From: Lama guanicoe
Lineage: Eukaryota
Assembly: GCA_013239625.1 (NCBI GenBank)
Contig: MU054391.1
Coordinates: 2,633,130-2,697,129 of the forward strand
Direction of reading: 5' to 3'
DNA: 64,000 nucleotides
Shown here: one piece after another, positions 48,801 to 61,289 of the stretch
Layout of the letters: every line of letters begins with the position of its first letter
How positions within the stretch are numbered: the first letter of the stretch is position 1
Notes under the pieces: generated by a model
The model's database searches: none
What the model was told of the DNA's origin: nothing
What the model saw: the letters and a program-made list of their open reading frames with translations, nothing else
Program-made: the position numbers and the translations under genes

Positions 48801-51353
48801 GGTGTGTCTCATTAATAGGTACGTGATGAACGGCCAGTTCCCCCAGGAGATCAGTGTCAGCAGGTATGGGAGACTATTTCTACAAGTTGCAGTGTGTGTG
48901 GTTAAGAACACTTAAAATAATGTTTTCTGCATAGTATGATTTTTTAGGTAAAGTCATAAGAAATAAAAGCAAATCTGCCCCCTCCTTAGAAAAAGAAAGA
49001 AAATCTCACATGTTGAATCTCCGGCATTCATGCAACGGAGTCAGAGGGGGATAGAGAATGCTGCCAAGCAAAGACATTAAGATTCCAACAACAAAAACAA
49101 AATACCGCGTCTTGGACGGAGACGCCTTTGAGGAAGTTGTGAGCTGAGCTGCATGCCTGTGTCCACAGGAGGGGAGGGGCCCTGGAAACACCACCATTCC
49201 TTATTTCTTCTCAAACAGCCTTCGCAGCCAGAAGTCCCTGAGTGCGACACTTAACCACAAGCCCCTAATGATTTTTTTTTTTTAATTTGCTTTAAGATCT
49301 TTCCAGAGCTGGGCTGAAAAGACAGCTCTCCCTGCCATCGTCCCGTGACAGGCATGGAGGCCCCAGTGAAGCCTGCAGGACACCATCAGAGCTTCCAACC
49401 CCCACCAAAGCCTCCCCCAGGAGCCAGGGCACCGGACTTTGTGCCCTGGCACCTCCTGCAGGGACCTGGCACCTGGCAAACCCCGGCCTGGATCTGGACA
49501 CGATGGAGCCGGAGTTCATTTAAAACCTTGGATTCAGGAACACAGCCTAATATTTCCAAGCACTAACCGGAAAGGCCATCCCGCCCTTTTGTTGGCATTG
49601 CAGTTACAGAGAGCCACGGGAACCCAGGCAAGAACCCAGTTCATCTAAGCTTCCTGACCTCACTGTGGAAAGGACAGCTGTACCCTGGGTGCAGGAAAGA
49701 GAGGGCGCGATGAGGTGCTTCTTTTAGTTGAAGCAAAATATGTTTGTGAGGGGATAAACAAATGCACAGAGGTTCCTTGCTCTTAAACCTGTTTTTATGG
49801 AGAAGATAGTACATAACATAGATTCACGGAAATCACATTCGGGATTTTAAAGATAAAGAAATTTGCAGATTGCTTCCCAAATGTGGGCAAAGTTGGACTG
49901 AATTAAAATTTCCACATCTTGCTCTGCCAAGACAGCTGATCACATCTAAGTATCAGGCAAATGCGGATAGAAAAACAGCTGGAGAAAATTCTCGTTTGGA
50001 AATTCGTTTGCATTTGTCTTCTTTGGGGTCATGACAAGATTCCTAACTTTTTATGACAATATTCTTCCTTCAGCTACCTGTTTTGCAAATACTTTTTAAA
50101 ACAGTCAGCTTAGTCAGCTTAGAACAGTATTTTGTCTTGAGCTCGGCCCAAATGCAACGCAACAGTCATCTACTGGAAATTGGCAAAAGCCAGAAGTGAG
50201 GGGCCTCGGAAATGACAAATTCAGGACACATGGGATTGAAATGGTAACATTCATTCCCTCCTGCAAGTTCTTTCCCAAAAAAGCCTGAATCCTCAGACTT
50301 TCTCAGGAGAAGGCCGTCTATGTACTTGAAAGAGGTTAAGGAGCAACCTTGAGGCGGGCACGGGAACGCCTAGGAGACTTGTGATGGTCCTGCTCACCTG
50401 CCGCTTAGCAGGTGCTGACCTGGGCGTGTCTTCTGTGCCTGGCGCTGGCCTGGACACCCTGGGGACCCCCTGCCATACAGACCTTCAAACACAAGGGGTA
50501 GAAATAGGCACAGAGAAACACAGGAAGCGGCAGAGGTCACTTTTTTAAAAAACAATTTTTAAAACATTTTTTCAAATATCTTCTTCTTTTTTCTTCTTCC
50601 AGGCAGCCCAGCAGAATAGGTCAAGAAAGGACTTTTTAAGGCCACTTGACAGATGAAGGAACCGAGGCAAAGCCATCAGGTGCCTAAAAAACGAATGCCT
50701 CATAGAATGAATTCTGGTGAACTTGGGACGGGGCTGTGTGGCCACAGTTCCGTGTTCCTTCCACACCGCAGGCCGCCTTCCAGACTCGACGGTGGGCCTC
50801 CTGCCTTCCGGAGGCGGAGGCGAGGCGGCCTCTCCTCCGCGAGGCGGCCCCTCCGGGGTCTCTGGCAACAAACACCCTCCCCTTCCCGCGGTGTCACCAA
50901 GCTCGCCCAGCTCCGTCGTAGGCCCGCTCTCATGGAGAAAACACGACTTTTCAGCAGCTTCCAACCCAAAGAAAAACAGCCCATTCTTGCCAATCCCGGC
51001 CGGTCTCCCTCCCGCGGGCTCCCACTCCGTCCTGCACGTGTGCCTGCGTGGTCGCACGCCTGTGGGCACAGAGCGGTGGCCTCCCCATCCCAGCCACCCC
51101 CTCCGCTCCCCGCACCCAGGGGCCTGCCGACTCCCAGGCAGCGGGAAGCCTGCCGGCCACGCCGCCCGGATAAGACTTGGTTCTTTCACTCCAACTTTGA
51201 CCACTGGACCCAAGGACCTGCTCCAACTTTCAAAACGGTGTCCCTCAGGCCCCATGACAAAGGTTGGATGCAATCATCAAGTATAGGTTACAAAATAGGT
51301 TTTAATGATTTAAAACCTATGGAGTATGTTTTAAATCACTGGAAAAAAAATCA

Positions 51354-51722
51354 CAAGTTAAAAATGCAAAAGATATCAGTTTAAATTTCAGATCTGTGTA
51401 TGTCTGTGCATGTGTGTGTATGCAATGCATGTACATATATAATACAAAAAATGTGTGTACATAATAAATTATATTTATGTCATATATAATTATATTATCA
51501 AATATAATGATAAATAACATGAACACATTAAGTATTATATAATTATAAAGATATAATATAACTGTGTTATATAATATATAACTATAGTATATATTAGATA
51601 TTATGTGATTATATTATACATTAGACATATTATATATGCACACATTTTATATATGTGCACACATATTATATGTAGACACACATCGTCTGAAATTTTAACT
51701 GAGATTGTTTGCATTTGACTTG
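51354..51722. repeat. Imperfect AT-rich palindrome (inverted repeat around an (AT)-rich core)
   Basis: 51362-51392 matches the reverse complement of 51686-51716 at 27 of 31 positions. Similarity extends outward (caagt) and inward. Confidence 0.8.
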
Positions 51723-53865
51723 CTACTCTGAATGCTCCGTAACAGTTATACATGACAAGTGCCGTAACCTTCCATGTAATGAAAAGTCGCTGCTCAGGGC
51801 AGCAGCCACCTCCAACCAGTGGCTGCAGGACACTGGGCGGTCAGCGGATGTCTGCGTGCCATTCTTGGCACTTTTCTGTGAGGTGAATTGAAACCAGCTT
51901 TGAACTATGAAACATCAGCTTGTTAAAAAAGTCATAGATCAGTACCACTAGGAAAGCGATCAGGTGATCCACGCGGGAGGAAGACCTGGTCGTCTGCCCA
52001 GAATCTGCATGGCAGGCGTCCTGGCTCTGTCTGTGCAGCTGGTTTGGTAGATTCCGTGATCGGTGGCAACACGCAGTCCAGGCAGATGTAATGTGCACCT
52101 CCTGGACCTGGTGCAGCCAGTGCGCACCTGCCACCTCAGCCACCTGCTGCGGACGCAGGCCAGCGTCCGACACCGGCCTTCAGGGGCCCACGCTGCTCAG
52201 GAGCCCAGGAAACGGATCACTGCCACACGAGGAGAAAGCACTAAAGTAACTGCTATGAGATAAACCATTAAAAATCAACGTCCTGGTTATTAAATGTATT
52301 TAAGAATAAACGTATTGAAGAATCATAGATCTTCAGTTAAAATTGTCTTTTCGTGTGTGTCTTACAAGGACTCTCTTGCCATCAGTCCCATGAATAACAC
52401 GCTTGCCTCATGTGTGCTGTTTGACTGGGATCACGTTAGAGACCATGGCTTCAGCACCTTTCAAACGCTCAGGCAGCCGCACACGGGCATGGGTAGGTCG
52501 CTAAATGCAGAGCAACAGGGCCGTGGTCCAGCCCCTCCTGGCATTTAGGGCGAGAAGACAAGTCATCGTTAAGCGAGCAGTGGTCAGCCAGTGTCTGAGT
52601 GCTGTCGGGGCGGAGTCGTGGGGAGTGAGAGGGAAGAAGGCACGCTGGCAGGTGTCTGTGACCGGCCCTGTTCTCTTTCTCACATTGTCCCTTTCAGTAG
52701 AATCAGCTGCCTTGTTTTAAGTGTCAGATGGCTCCCCAAAAGCTGACAGTATTTCGAAGCCTCCACATTTCTAGATCCTCTCTGTCCTTTAGTATGAACC
52801 CATGTTCTACCATTTCTAACCTCCAGCACCCTCCCCTCCCCGGGAGCCTTCACACGTGGCCACATTCTCTGCATGATGTGCCTGCCTGAGGGCTGTGAGC
52901 CCCTTGTACCATTATTGAAAGAAGCACCCGTTCCTCCCTTTGGGACCTGCCTGATTTCAGTGTCCTGGATTCTCCTGGCCAGGGTGACCTTACTCCTACA
53001 GAGTGCTTTTCTGAGACACGACCCCCTCTCCCCCAGCCAACTTTAAGGTTTCTGAACATAAAGAGCAGTCGGTCAGGTCCACCTGGCAATATTACGTAGT
53101 CAAGGCTCTGGATTATTTGGATAAAAAAATGAAACAGAATAGATCCATCCACTGCCTAAAAGCATCTGGTCCCTTTTAATAAAAACCTACCACTTGGTTG
53201 TCTGGAAACAAGTCTATTTGTATCCAGCATATACCGTGAGAGTTCTCTTCTTTTCTTTTTCTATTTTTTCTTTTCCAGTTGCAAAGCCACATCAGCAGTA
53301 AACACGCTCTTTCATGTAATTCTCCACTGAAAATGATCTAAAACCATTTCCCAACTGGTCTGAATAGACTCTGAATGTTCAAGGGATATTTCACAGATTC
53401 GAACCAAAAACCTAGACAGTACATGAGATTGGTAACTGCTCTCAAAATCCTGCCTTTTGACAAGTGTCAAAGAGCACAAACCATGTAGACTGAGACCTTG
53501 AATTGTCATTAAGTCCGTGTTAACTGCCTCGACCCCTCTGTCCCATTTGAATCTTCCAAAGTAAAAGACATTAAAGCATTAAGTGTCCTTCCATGGGACA
53601 ACATGTTCAGCCTTTGGTGATGGATAAAAATTACCACATGGGACTTCCAATGTGACAGTTTAATGTTTCTATTAAGTGTACTTTTTTTTTTTGAAGACAG
53701 AAGAGGAATTTTACCCCTTGTTACTAAATAAGCCATTTGTCTCAAAAAAAAAGAAGATATCTACATACATATAAATCATGAATTCATACCAATATTTCCT
53801 GTTAAAATTTAGCCTTCTCAACCCTTTATTACTTTTTAATTTGTATCTCTTTTTTTAAAACATTT

Positions 53866-54010
53866 TTTGATGTACAATCATCTTACAATGTTATGTCAAA
53901 TTCCAGTGTAAAGCACAGTTTTTCAGTTATACATGAACATACGTATATTCATTGTCACATTTTTTTCTCTGTGAGCTACCATGAGATCTTGTGTATATTT
54001 TCCTGTGCTG
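53866..54010 (-). mobile_element. Short young L1 3' end
   Basis: Homologous to 29442-29550. TSD tttttaaaacattt (53852-53865) / tttttgaaacattt (54011-54024). Confidence 0.85.
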
Positions 54011-54997
54011 TTTTTGAAACATTTCAGATACCTTGTCCCACTTGACTCTCTCGACAAACTTCCAATGTCAGCAGGGCAGACAGCATCGCCGGTATGTTGG
54101 AGGGGAGAAAACTGAAGTGGGAAAGATGAAATAATACAGCTTCTCACTAAGATGGCAGCACGGTTCACCTCCTGACCAGCCCCTCTGCTCAAGGCGCTTT
54201 GGTGGGTAAAACAGCCGCAGAGAACAGCAGGGACAATGCCTGACACTCAGACACGGCTCTGAGGGATGCAGAATTCAACAGGGAAACAGAGCAGAGCGGG
54301 ATCTCCTCTAGGGTGGGAAACGGAAAGCCACCTGGGTGTAAAAGGAGCCAGGTGCCCTCCAGTCTCACCCCTTGGTGCCAGATACAGGTGGCATCTTTCC
54401 TTATTTTAAAGGAGCCTGAAAATCAGCAATGATTGTCGATTCCACTTTCTGCGATGACTTTAAAAAATGTATTTAGCGAGGGAGACGACACCTGACAGTC
54501 TTTGACAAGGAAATATGTCCCAGACAGCAATCTGAGACAGAGTCCCTGAACACTTGTTAAGACGTGGTTCTGGACTGGAAGGCAGAGGCCAGGTGGAGGT
54601 GGTGGGAGCGCTCTCTACAGGCAGGTGATAATAATCACAAAGGGACAAAGACAGAGGACAATGAAAACGCACTCTAATGACTACAGACCACATTATGGGT
54701 ACAAGTTAGCAGTAATTTAATGCTGAGATACACAAAGTAAATGATCAGAAGAGGAATTCGCTCTAGATGGAGTTAATTCTACAGAAGACTGTGCCCTTAA
54801 CATAAGTACGGATGTGTTATTCAAAAGGATAAAATCTCAGTTTTTGTTGCAAAGATAAAGATATCCTTAAACAAAATAAGTCTTCATGCCAAGATTATCT
54901 AAACCACCAGCTACCAAATCATGATATTTAAAAAGCCAACTACAAATCTGACACAGAAAAATGCAGACCTGGATTTTTTTTTTTTAATGTAGATGGA

Positions 54998-55530
54998 GTA
55001 TCAGTTTCCTAATGCTGCGTAACAAGTTACCACCAACTCAGCTGCTTAAAACCATGCCTTTTTACTTATGCCTCAGAAGGTGGGGCGGGCTCAGCTGGGT
55101 TTTCTGATCTGGGTATTTTCAAGGCAAAGCCAATGTGTCTGAGGAGAGTCCACATCCAAGCTCCTGAGGTTGCTGGCAGAGTCCGATTCCTGGTCGTCAT
55201 TGGTCTGAGGTCCGATTTGCCTGCTGGCTCTCAGCCAGGGCCACTCTGTCCTGGTGGAGGCTCCCAGCCTCCCTTCTTGTGCAGCCCCCTCCATCCTCCA
55301 GCCAGTCATGGCATGGCAAGCCCCTCTCTTGCCTCGAATATCTCTGACTTCCCTTCTGCTGACAGCCAGAGGGAACTCTGGGCTCTTAAAGGATTCAAGC
55401 AATTCCATTAGGCCCATTCGGAGACTCTCCTTGCAGCCATATAACTTACCACTGACATCATTTTCACAGGGACCCCCACCCTCAGAGGGGAGAGGATTTC
55501 ACAAGGGTCGGGGTGATAGTGGGCCATCCC
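54998..55530 (-). mobile_element. MLT1 (MLT1E-like) ERVL-MaLR LTR
   Basis: 'gtatcagtttcctaatgctgcgtaacaagttaccaccaactcagctgcttaaaac..gttgctggcagagtccgattcctgg..ctctgacttcccttctgc..ttaaagga'. Confidence 0.85.
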
Positions 55531-55919
55531 ATCCATCCTTGAGGCTGGAAAAAGAGAATTAGTGAAATGGAAGACAGGACTAACAACTCATCTGAGAAAG
55601 TAGCACAGAGAAACTCCTAGTTTTCATTTTTTTAATGAATGCTAGAGAAATTGAAGCATCAATTCCCAACCTGTTCTCCCAATAATTGAAGAAGGTCTCC
55701 AACATGCCTTTAATAAGAATCCCAGAGGAATGGAGTATCGGAGAAAGAATGGAAATCATTCCTGATTTTTATAGGGAAGTCAAGAAATACACAGACTTTA
55801 TGTAGAAAGTGTGCCCAAGGATAATAAATAAAAGTGAATTACCTCCAGAGAACTACAGTGAGGCCGACAGCACACTCCTCATTAGGAGTAACAGACGTAC
55901 AAGTGGAGACGTGTCAGCC

Positions 55920-56670
55920 TAGGCTTGCGTGTGCAATTAAAAGGGGGGACCTGCGGTCCAGGGCTCAGAAGGACCCAGTGCTCAGGGTTTAATGCTCTGC
56001 TCTTACTGTCTTGAAATCCTTAACAATTTCATCTGTGACTTTGAGCTTTTAAAGAGAAGTCAGTTGGCACAACAGGGTGCTCACCAGGGCCTGGGGTGTC
56101 AGCCCAGGGGTGTCCTACCTCCAGCCACTTCTTTAGGAAGCATTCCTGGCTGCCTGATCTGTCCCCCTGACTCACTGGACCCAACCCAGCCTCCTCCCAG
56201 GCCCTGCCCAGCCTCCACTGCTTTGGGGGCCCAGGTGGGTGCCTGGGCATGGATTCAATGGTGGCTGTCCCGCCCTGGGCTGCAGCCCCAGTGTCTTTGG
56301 AAAGCAACCTGGCAGGTCAGCCTCTCACCCATCCTGACCCAGCACAGAAGCATCCCAGTGAGGAGGGTCACGGGGGTGTGGAGCGCAGGTGCAGATGGGC
56401 GAGGGGGCTGGAGCCAGCAGACTCCCTGCTGTCATTGGGTACTCCACGTGGGTACCCCCAGGGTCTGCACTTGCCCCACAAGCTTCCCACTCCAGAGGGA
56501 ACACAACATTAAATTACAAATAACTCCACATCAAGTCAAGAGAGAGACAACAGAAAAAAGGAAAATAAAATGTATATATGAGTACCTCTCATTGCAATTT
56601 TTTCTGTCTTTTTAAACAAATGCCCCACTTTTATTTTGCACTGGGATTATTAAATTAAGTACCCACTCCT
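55920..56670 (+). mobile_element. MER45 (MER45C-like) hAT-Tip100 element
   Basis: 'ggtttaatgctctgctcttactgtcttgaaatccttaacaattt..caagtcaagagagagac..aacaaatgccccacttttattttgcactggg'. Confidence 0.8.
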
Positions 56671-59600
56671 CACTGTGCTACCCCACAAAAGACCTTAAAA
56701 GTCACTACGTTTATCTCGTCCTCCACATTTTGAACAGTTCTGCCGTTCACAGCCCCACTGAATAAGTCAACTTACTCCAGCATATATCAGCCCCATACGT
56801 GTTTGAAAACAGCAAGCATTTTTTTCACTGACTGCTCTCTTCCCCAAAAAACCATCTCCACTTCTTAAAACTGTATCACCTTTAGGTGACCAAAGACCAC
56901 TTGTGGTCAACACTCTGTACATTTAGTTTCTCCACCGGTTCAAGTCATACCAAGTTATTTGCACATCCATCAACAAATGTGCTCAGCATGTAGGAAACTT
57001 AGTGGAAGATGGAGTTCACAGGTAACCCTTCAGAGGAGTGGAAATCACAGACACCAAGATTTAAACATGAATGAGGGGAAAAAAAAACATCTCTATGATA
57101 CATCCTGTCCCCAGGTGGGCTGGGCTGCAGGAGGGGGTGGTGAGCTGCCCCAGGACATGCCCAGCAGAGCTGCACACCCGCCACCAACCAGGCACGTCCT
57201 GAGAAGCACATCCCACTGGAGTTGGCTCAGTGGCCTTGAGCATCCCTTAGAGCCTTGAGGTCTAGAAATGAATGAAATTACTGTTAAATTTACATGTGTG
57301 GAAATATTAAACCAGGGTGAAATATATCATCCTGCTTTTAATCGCTAACATATCCCATTCTTGGAAACCATGCTATGTCTGTATCCCCACCTGACTGTGC
57401 AAAGCCGGTTCAAAAGCACAGGTGAGCAGTCGGGAAAAGACGCCATTAAAACCTCTGCCGAGCCAAGACAGGGAGGGAGGGGGTAGCTAGTCGGCTAAGA
57501 GCAGGAGCTAAGGAGGGATCACCAAGGAAACTTGGAGGAGTATACCTCGAAGCCCGTAAGTAGTCATAAATTCTATTAAATATGAACATTTCTCTTTCAC
57601 TCCCTGGTTGGTAAGCTCTGGAAATAACTGCTCTTCTGTCCTCTCCCTCAGCAACAGAAATATCCATTTCAGCCTCAAACTTCCAGTTTCTTAGCAAGAA
57701 GCCAAGACTATACAATACAACATGAGTGATGGCTTTTCTGGCAACGTATGTTCACAATAAAAGAAAAGTTAGGAGGGAAGTGAGAGCTGCACGCTTGAGA
57801 TTGCTAAAACCCAGTTACAGCCGATTCATGCAGAGAAATTACCCAAGATCAGCGCGCGAGGGGACATCTGTAGCAGAGCCAAGGCAAGGGAGACCTTTCG
57901 GGACCCACCTGATGCCAAACACACAAATTCAAATCGTCATAGGATTCAACAATGCTGGAGATCTTTTTTTTTTTTTTTTAACTTCTTGAAGAAGTTTCTT
58001 TGGGAGAAAAGTGCACGGAGCTCTGCTAACCGGGGCCCTTCCTTTGAGAGCTGCGCATCACATGGTACTTCATTACTTTTATGTATCCCCATGTATTCCC
58101 AAAGTTTGATCTGATGATGACTTTGCATTAATTATCATGCAAATTCCACGCACTGAAATGCAGAGAGAACCAGCAAGAGCCACACAAAGCTGTCTGTGTC
58201 AAAGGTTTGAATAAACTTAACCGCTAAGTATCATTAGCAGAGTCTCTCTCTCTTCCCAATCAATTCCCAGAACCCAGATTTCTTTTAACTCTTTCTCTAA
58301 AAATGATCTCATCCTGATCTAATGATGCTGATTCACAGACACGGTGAGGTAGTGCACTTAAGATAATGCATCATCTCGATGGCTCACAGAAGTGTAAATG
58401 TTTAGCAGGATCTCAGTACAGCATTAACTTTTACTGTAACAAGAAACTGCAAACTAATGCTACAGTGCAGCCACGAGCGCCACGCCGGGCTGAGACAGCG
58501 TCAGGAAACGTAAGAGAGGATGCTTGCCTCTTCTGAACTGTAGGATGCCAACTTCTGTCAGAGCTGATTCATTTAGAAGAAAAGGGAAAACATTTCAGGT
58601 GGTCAATTACACTTTTTTTTATATATATAAAAGCAGTGTGTGAATCTGCATGACCCACTGACAATCCGGGCTTTTTTTTTTTCTTTTTAACCTGTTGGTC
58701 TGTCATTCTTATAAGCACAAAGAGTTTGAGTTTGTGAATAAATACGTATTAGAAAGACTTTTGAAACATCTAACTATAGAGGGAAATTTTTACTGATCCT
58801 CATGACAGAAGTCAGACTCTCCGAGAAGTCTTTACAATTTACACTTGCACTCAGATTATGTTGTGTGTATCTGTCTAGCAAACTGCTCTTTCTACTTCAA
58901 TTTTATGTATATAGCCATTAGACTCAACGTGCTTGCTCTCTCAAAATATATGAACATGGATTGTAATGGAAAGAATAGAGTCTGGGAACAGGGAAGCTGA
59001 AACTGTAGATGGTGGAGCTCGAAGGGGTCTGAGGAGGTACCTTCTCTAGCCCACCCCTTTCACGGGTGATGAGATGAAGACACAGATGGGACGTGAGGGG
59101 CAGTCATTCACGTGTTTAGCCCCCCTGCAGATGGTAATTGTAGGGCACGATTAGTGATGGGGTCGTGATGATGAATGCAGCTTGGTTCTTGCCCTCAAAC
59201 AGCTTTCAGTGTAGCAGGAACCCGGAATATGTAAACAACCAATTACACAGGAGACACGAGAACCACGTGCTGTAAGCGAGGTGCCGTGGGACAGCAGAGG
59301 AAAGCGCAGCTGGCCGCACACAGGAGGGAGGCAGGTGTGGAGGTGCGGCCGCTGCTCAGAGCCCGGGAGGAGCGCAGGTCTGAAAGAAGGCAGACAGGAA
59401 AGAAGGACAGAAGGAGGCATCAGCACACACAGAGCACGCGAAAAAGATGGGCTGGGCACACACAGAGGACCGATGGAGGGGGGCCCCGTGGACGGTAAAG
59501 TGACCAGATGGCAGAGGTCCTGCCACCCATCTGGTTAGAAGAATTACGAGGTGCCCAGCTGCAAGGTCCGCCCGGGGCTGGGGGCTCCTGACTGGTCCGT

Positions 59601-59799
59601 GAGCGTCCTCCACTCCGTCCCGTCTTCGCAGGGATTTTCCTACAGTAGAGTGGTCGTATCCCGGAAACAGAACCAAATGTACTGAGAGCGCCGCCCGCAG
59701 AAAGCATCACACCTTGATGAGGTTCTTTAGATTCTGTACCAACTGCTAGTCTACACAGCGGGATCCTGCAGCCATTCCACGGAACCTTTGCGTTTCCTC

Positions 59800-59950
59800 T
59801 GGGAGCAGAACACGTGTCATTTTAACTGTGCAGATGAGCTCATTCCGCCTCTCAGAGCTTTCTGACTGGCCAAGCAGTAGGTCCAGGACCAACTCCCAGG
59901 TCTTCTCGACCAAGTCCACTGATCTTTCCAATACATTATATTGCTTCTCA
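59800..59950 (-). mobile_element. MIR SINE fragment
   Basis: Reverse strand 'gagaagcaatataatgtattggaaagatcagtggacttgg..agaagacctgggagttggtcctgg..ctcatctgcacag'. Confidence 0.65.
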
Positions 59951-60689
59951 AAAATTGCCTTTTTCATTTTGCAGAAGGATGCGCCTAAAAGGCCAGAGTG
60001 CAGTCTGAAATAACTCAGTACCCAGAGGTGTTTCAGAGAACAGTCTGCCGTCTGATGGGCGCTGCGTCCCCTCTGCAGACAGGCTCCCCTCGCCTGCCTC
60101 GGCCCCACTCCCTCAGCCCTCGAGCCTGGCTTTCATCCTCTCCTGCAAGTGTCCTTTCAGCAACTGATAACCCTCCCGGCGATCAGACCCAGGGACCTGT
60201 CCCCTGTCCCCACCTCTTTGATCTCTGCAGCTTTTAAAGCGGTCACATCACCATTTCCTCTCTCAAGGCTCGACTTGCTCCTTCACTCCCAGTGCTGACC
60301 TTGCCTTTTCCGACCCCACTTCCCACTTCTCTGCCTGCCCTTTGTTCTCCCTTGTGGGCAAGACTATCCTCTGAGTGGGGCTTGCCTGGAAGTTTGACGT
60401 TCACTGAGGATGTGAGCTTGGCTCCTCTCCTATTGTGAAAACTCTCCTTGGTGAATCCATCATTTCATTCGTTCACTCATTAGTTCATTTATTTAGTACC
60501 TACTCATTTCCACGTGGATATCTTCTCTGTGGATTTCTAGACTGACCAGGGATGAACGGGGAGTGTAGCACCATTTTTTTTCCCAAGAATAAGCTTCTCT
60601 CTGCAACTGCCAAAAACAGACAAACCTGAAAAAAAACTTGTATGATATATTAGGTATATTTAAAAGCTTTAAAAGTATATTCAGATTAG

Positions 60690-60693
60690 TATT

Positions 60694-60736
<43 letters not shown>

Positions 60737-61190
60737 CATATCTTCTTTATCCAGTCATCTGCCATGGACATTTAGGTTGCTTCTGTATCTTGGCAGTGTA
60801 AATAGTGCTGCTAGGAATACTATTCAGCCATAAAAAAGAATGAAATCATGCCATTTGCAGCAATGCAGACAGACCTAGAGATTATCATACTAAGTGAAGT
60901 AAATCAGACAGAGAAAGACAAATTTCATATGTTATCACTTATACATGGAATCTGAAAGAACGATAAAAATAAACTTATTTACAAAACAAAAAAACAGACT
61001 CACAGACATAGAAAACAAACTTATGGTTACCAGCGGGGAAAGGGTGGGGGGGGAGATAAACTAGGAGTTTGAGATTAGCAGATACACACCACTGTATATA
61101 AAACAGATAAACAACAAGGTTCTAATGTATAGCACAGGGAACTATATTCAATATCTTGTAATAATCTATAGTGAAAATAATATGAAAAAG

Positions 61191-61226
<36 letters not shown>

Positions 61227-61289
61227 ACTGAATCACTATGCTGGACACCTGAAACTAACGCAACACTGTAAACCAACCATACTTCAATA
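60690..61289 (+). mobile_element. 5'-inverted (twin-primed) L1 3' end with internal (CA)n and (CT)n(AT)n microsatellites
   Basis: An antisense ORF2 C-terminal segment (~60690-60813) is joined at 'ggaatac' to the sense segment that follows it in L1 (60814-61289). It sits within L2-like sequence. No TSD was confidently found. Confidence 0.85.

Noticed and set aside
55992..56615. 207-aa ORF
   Set aside because: Lies wholly within a non-autonomous MER45 element and shows no transposase motifs.
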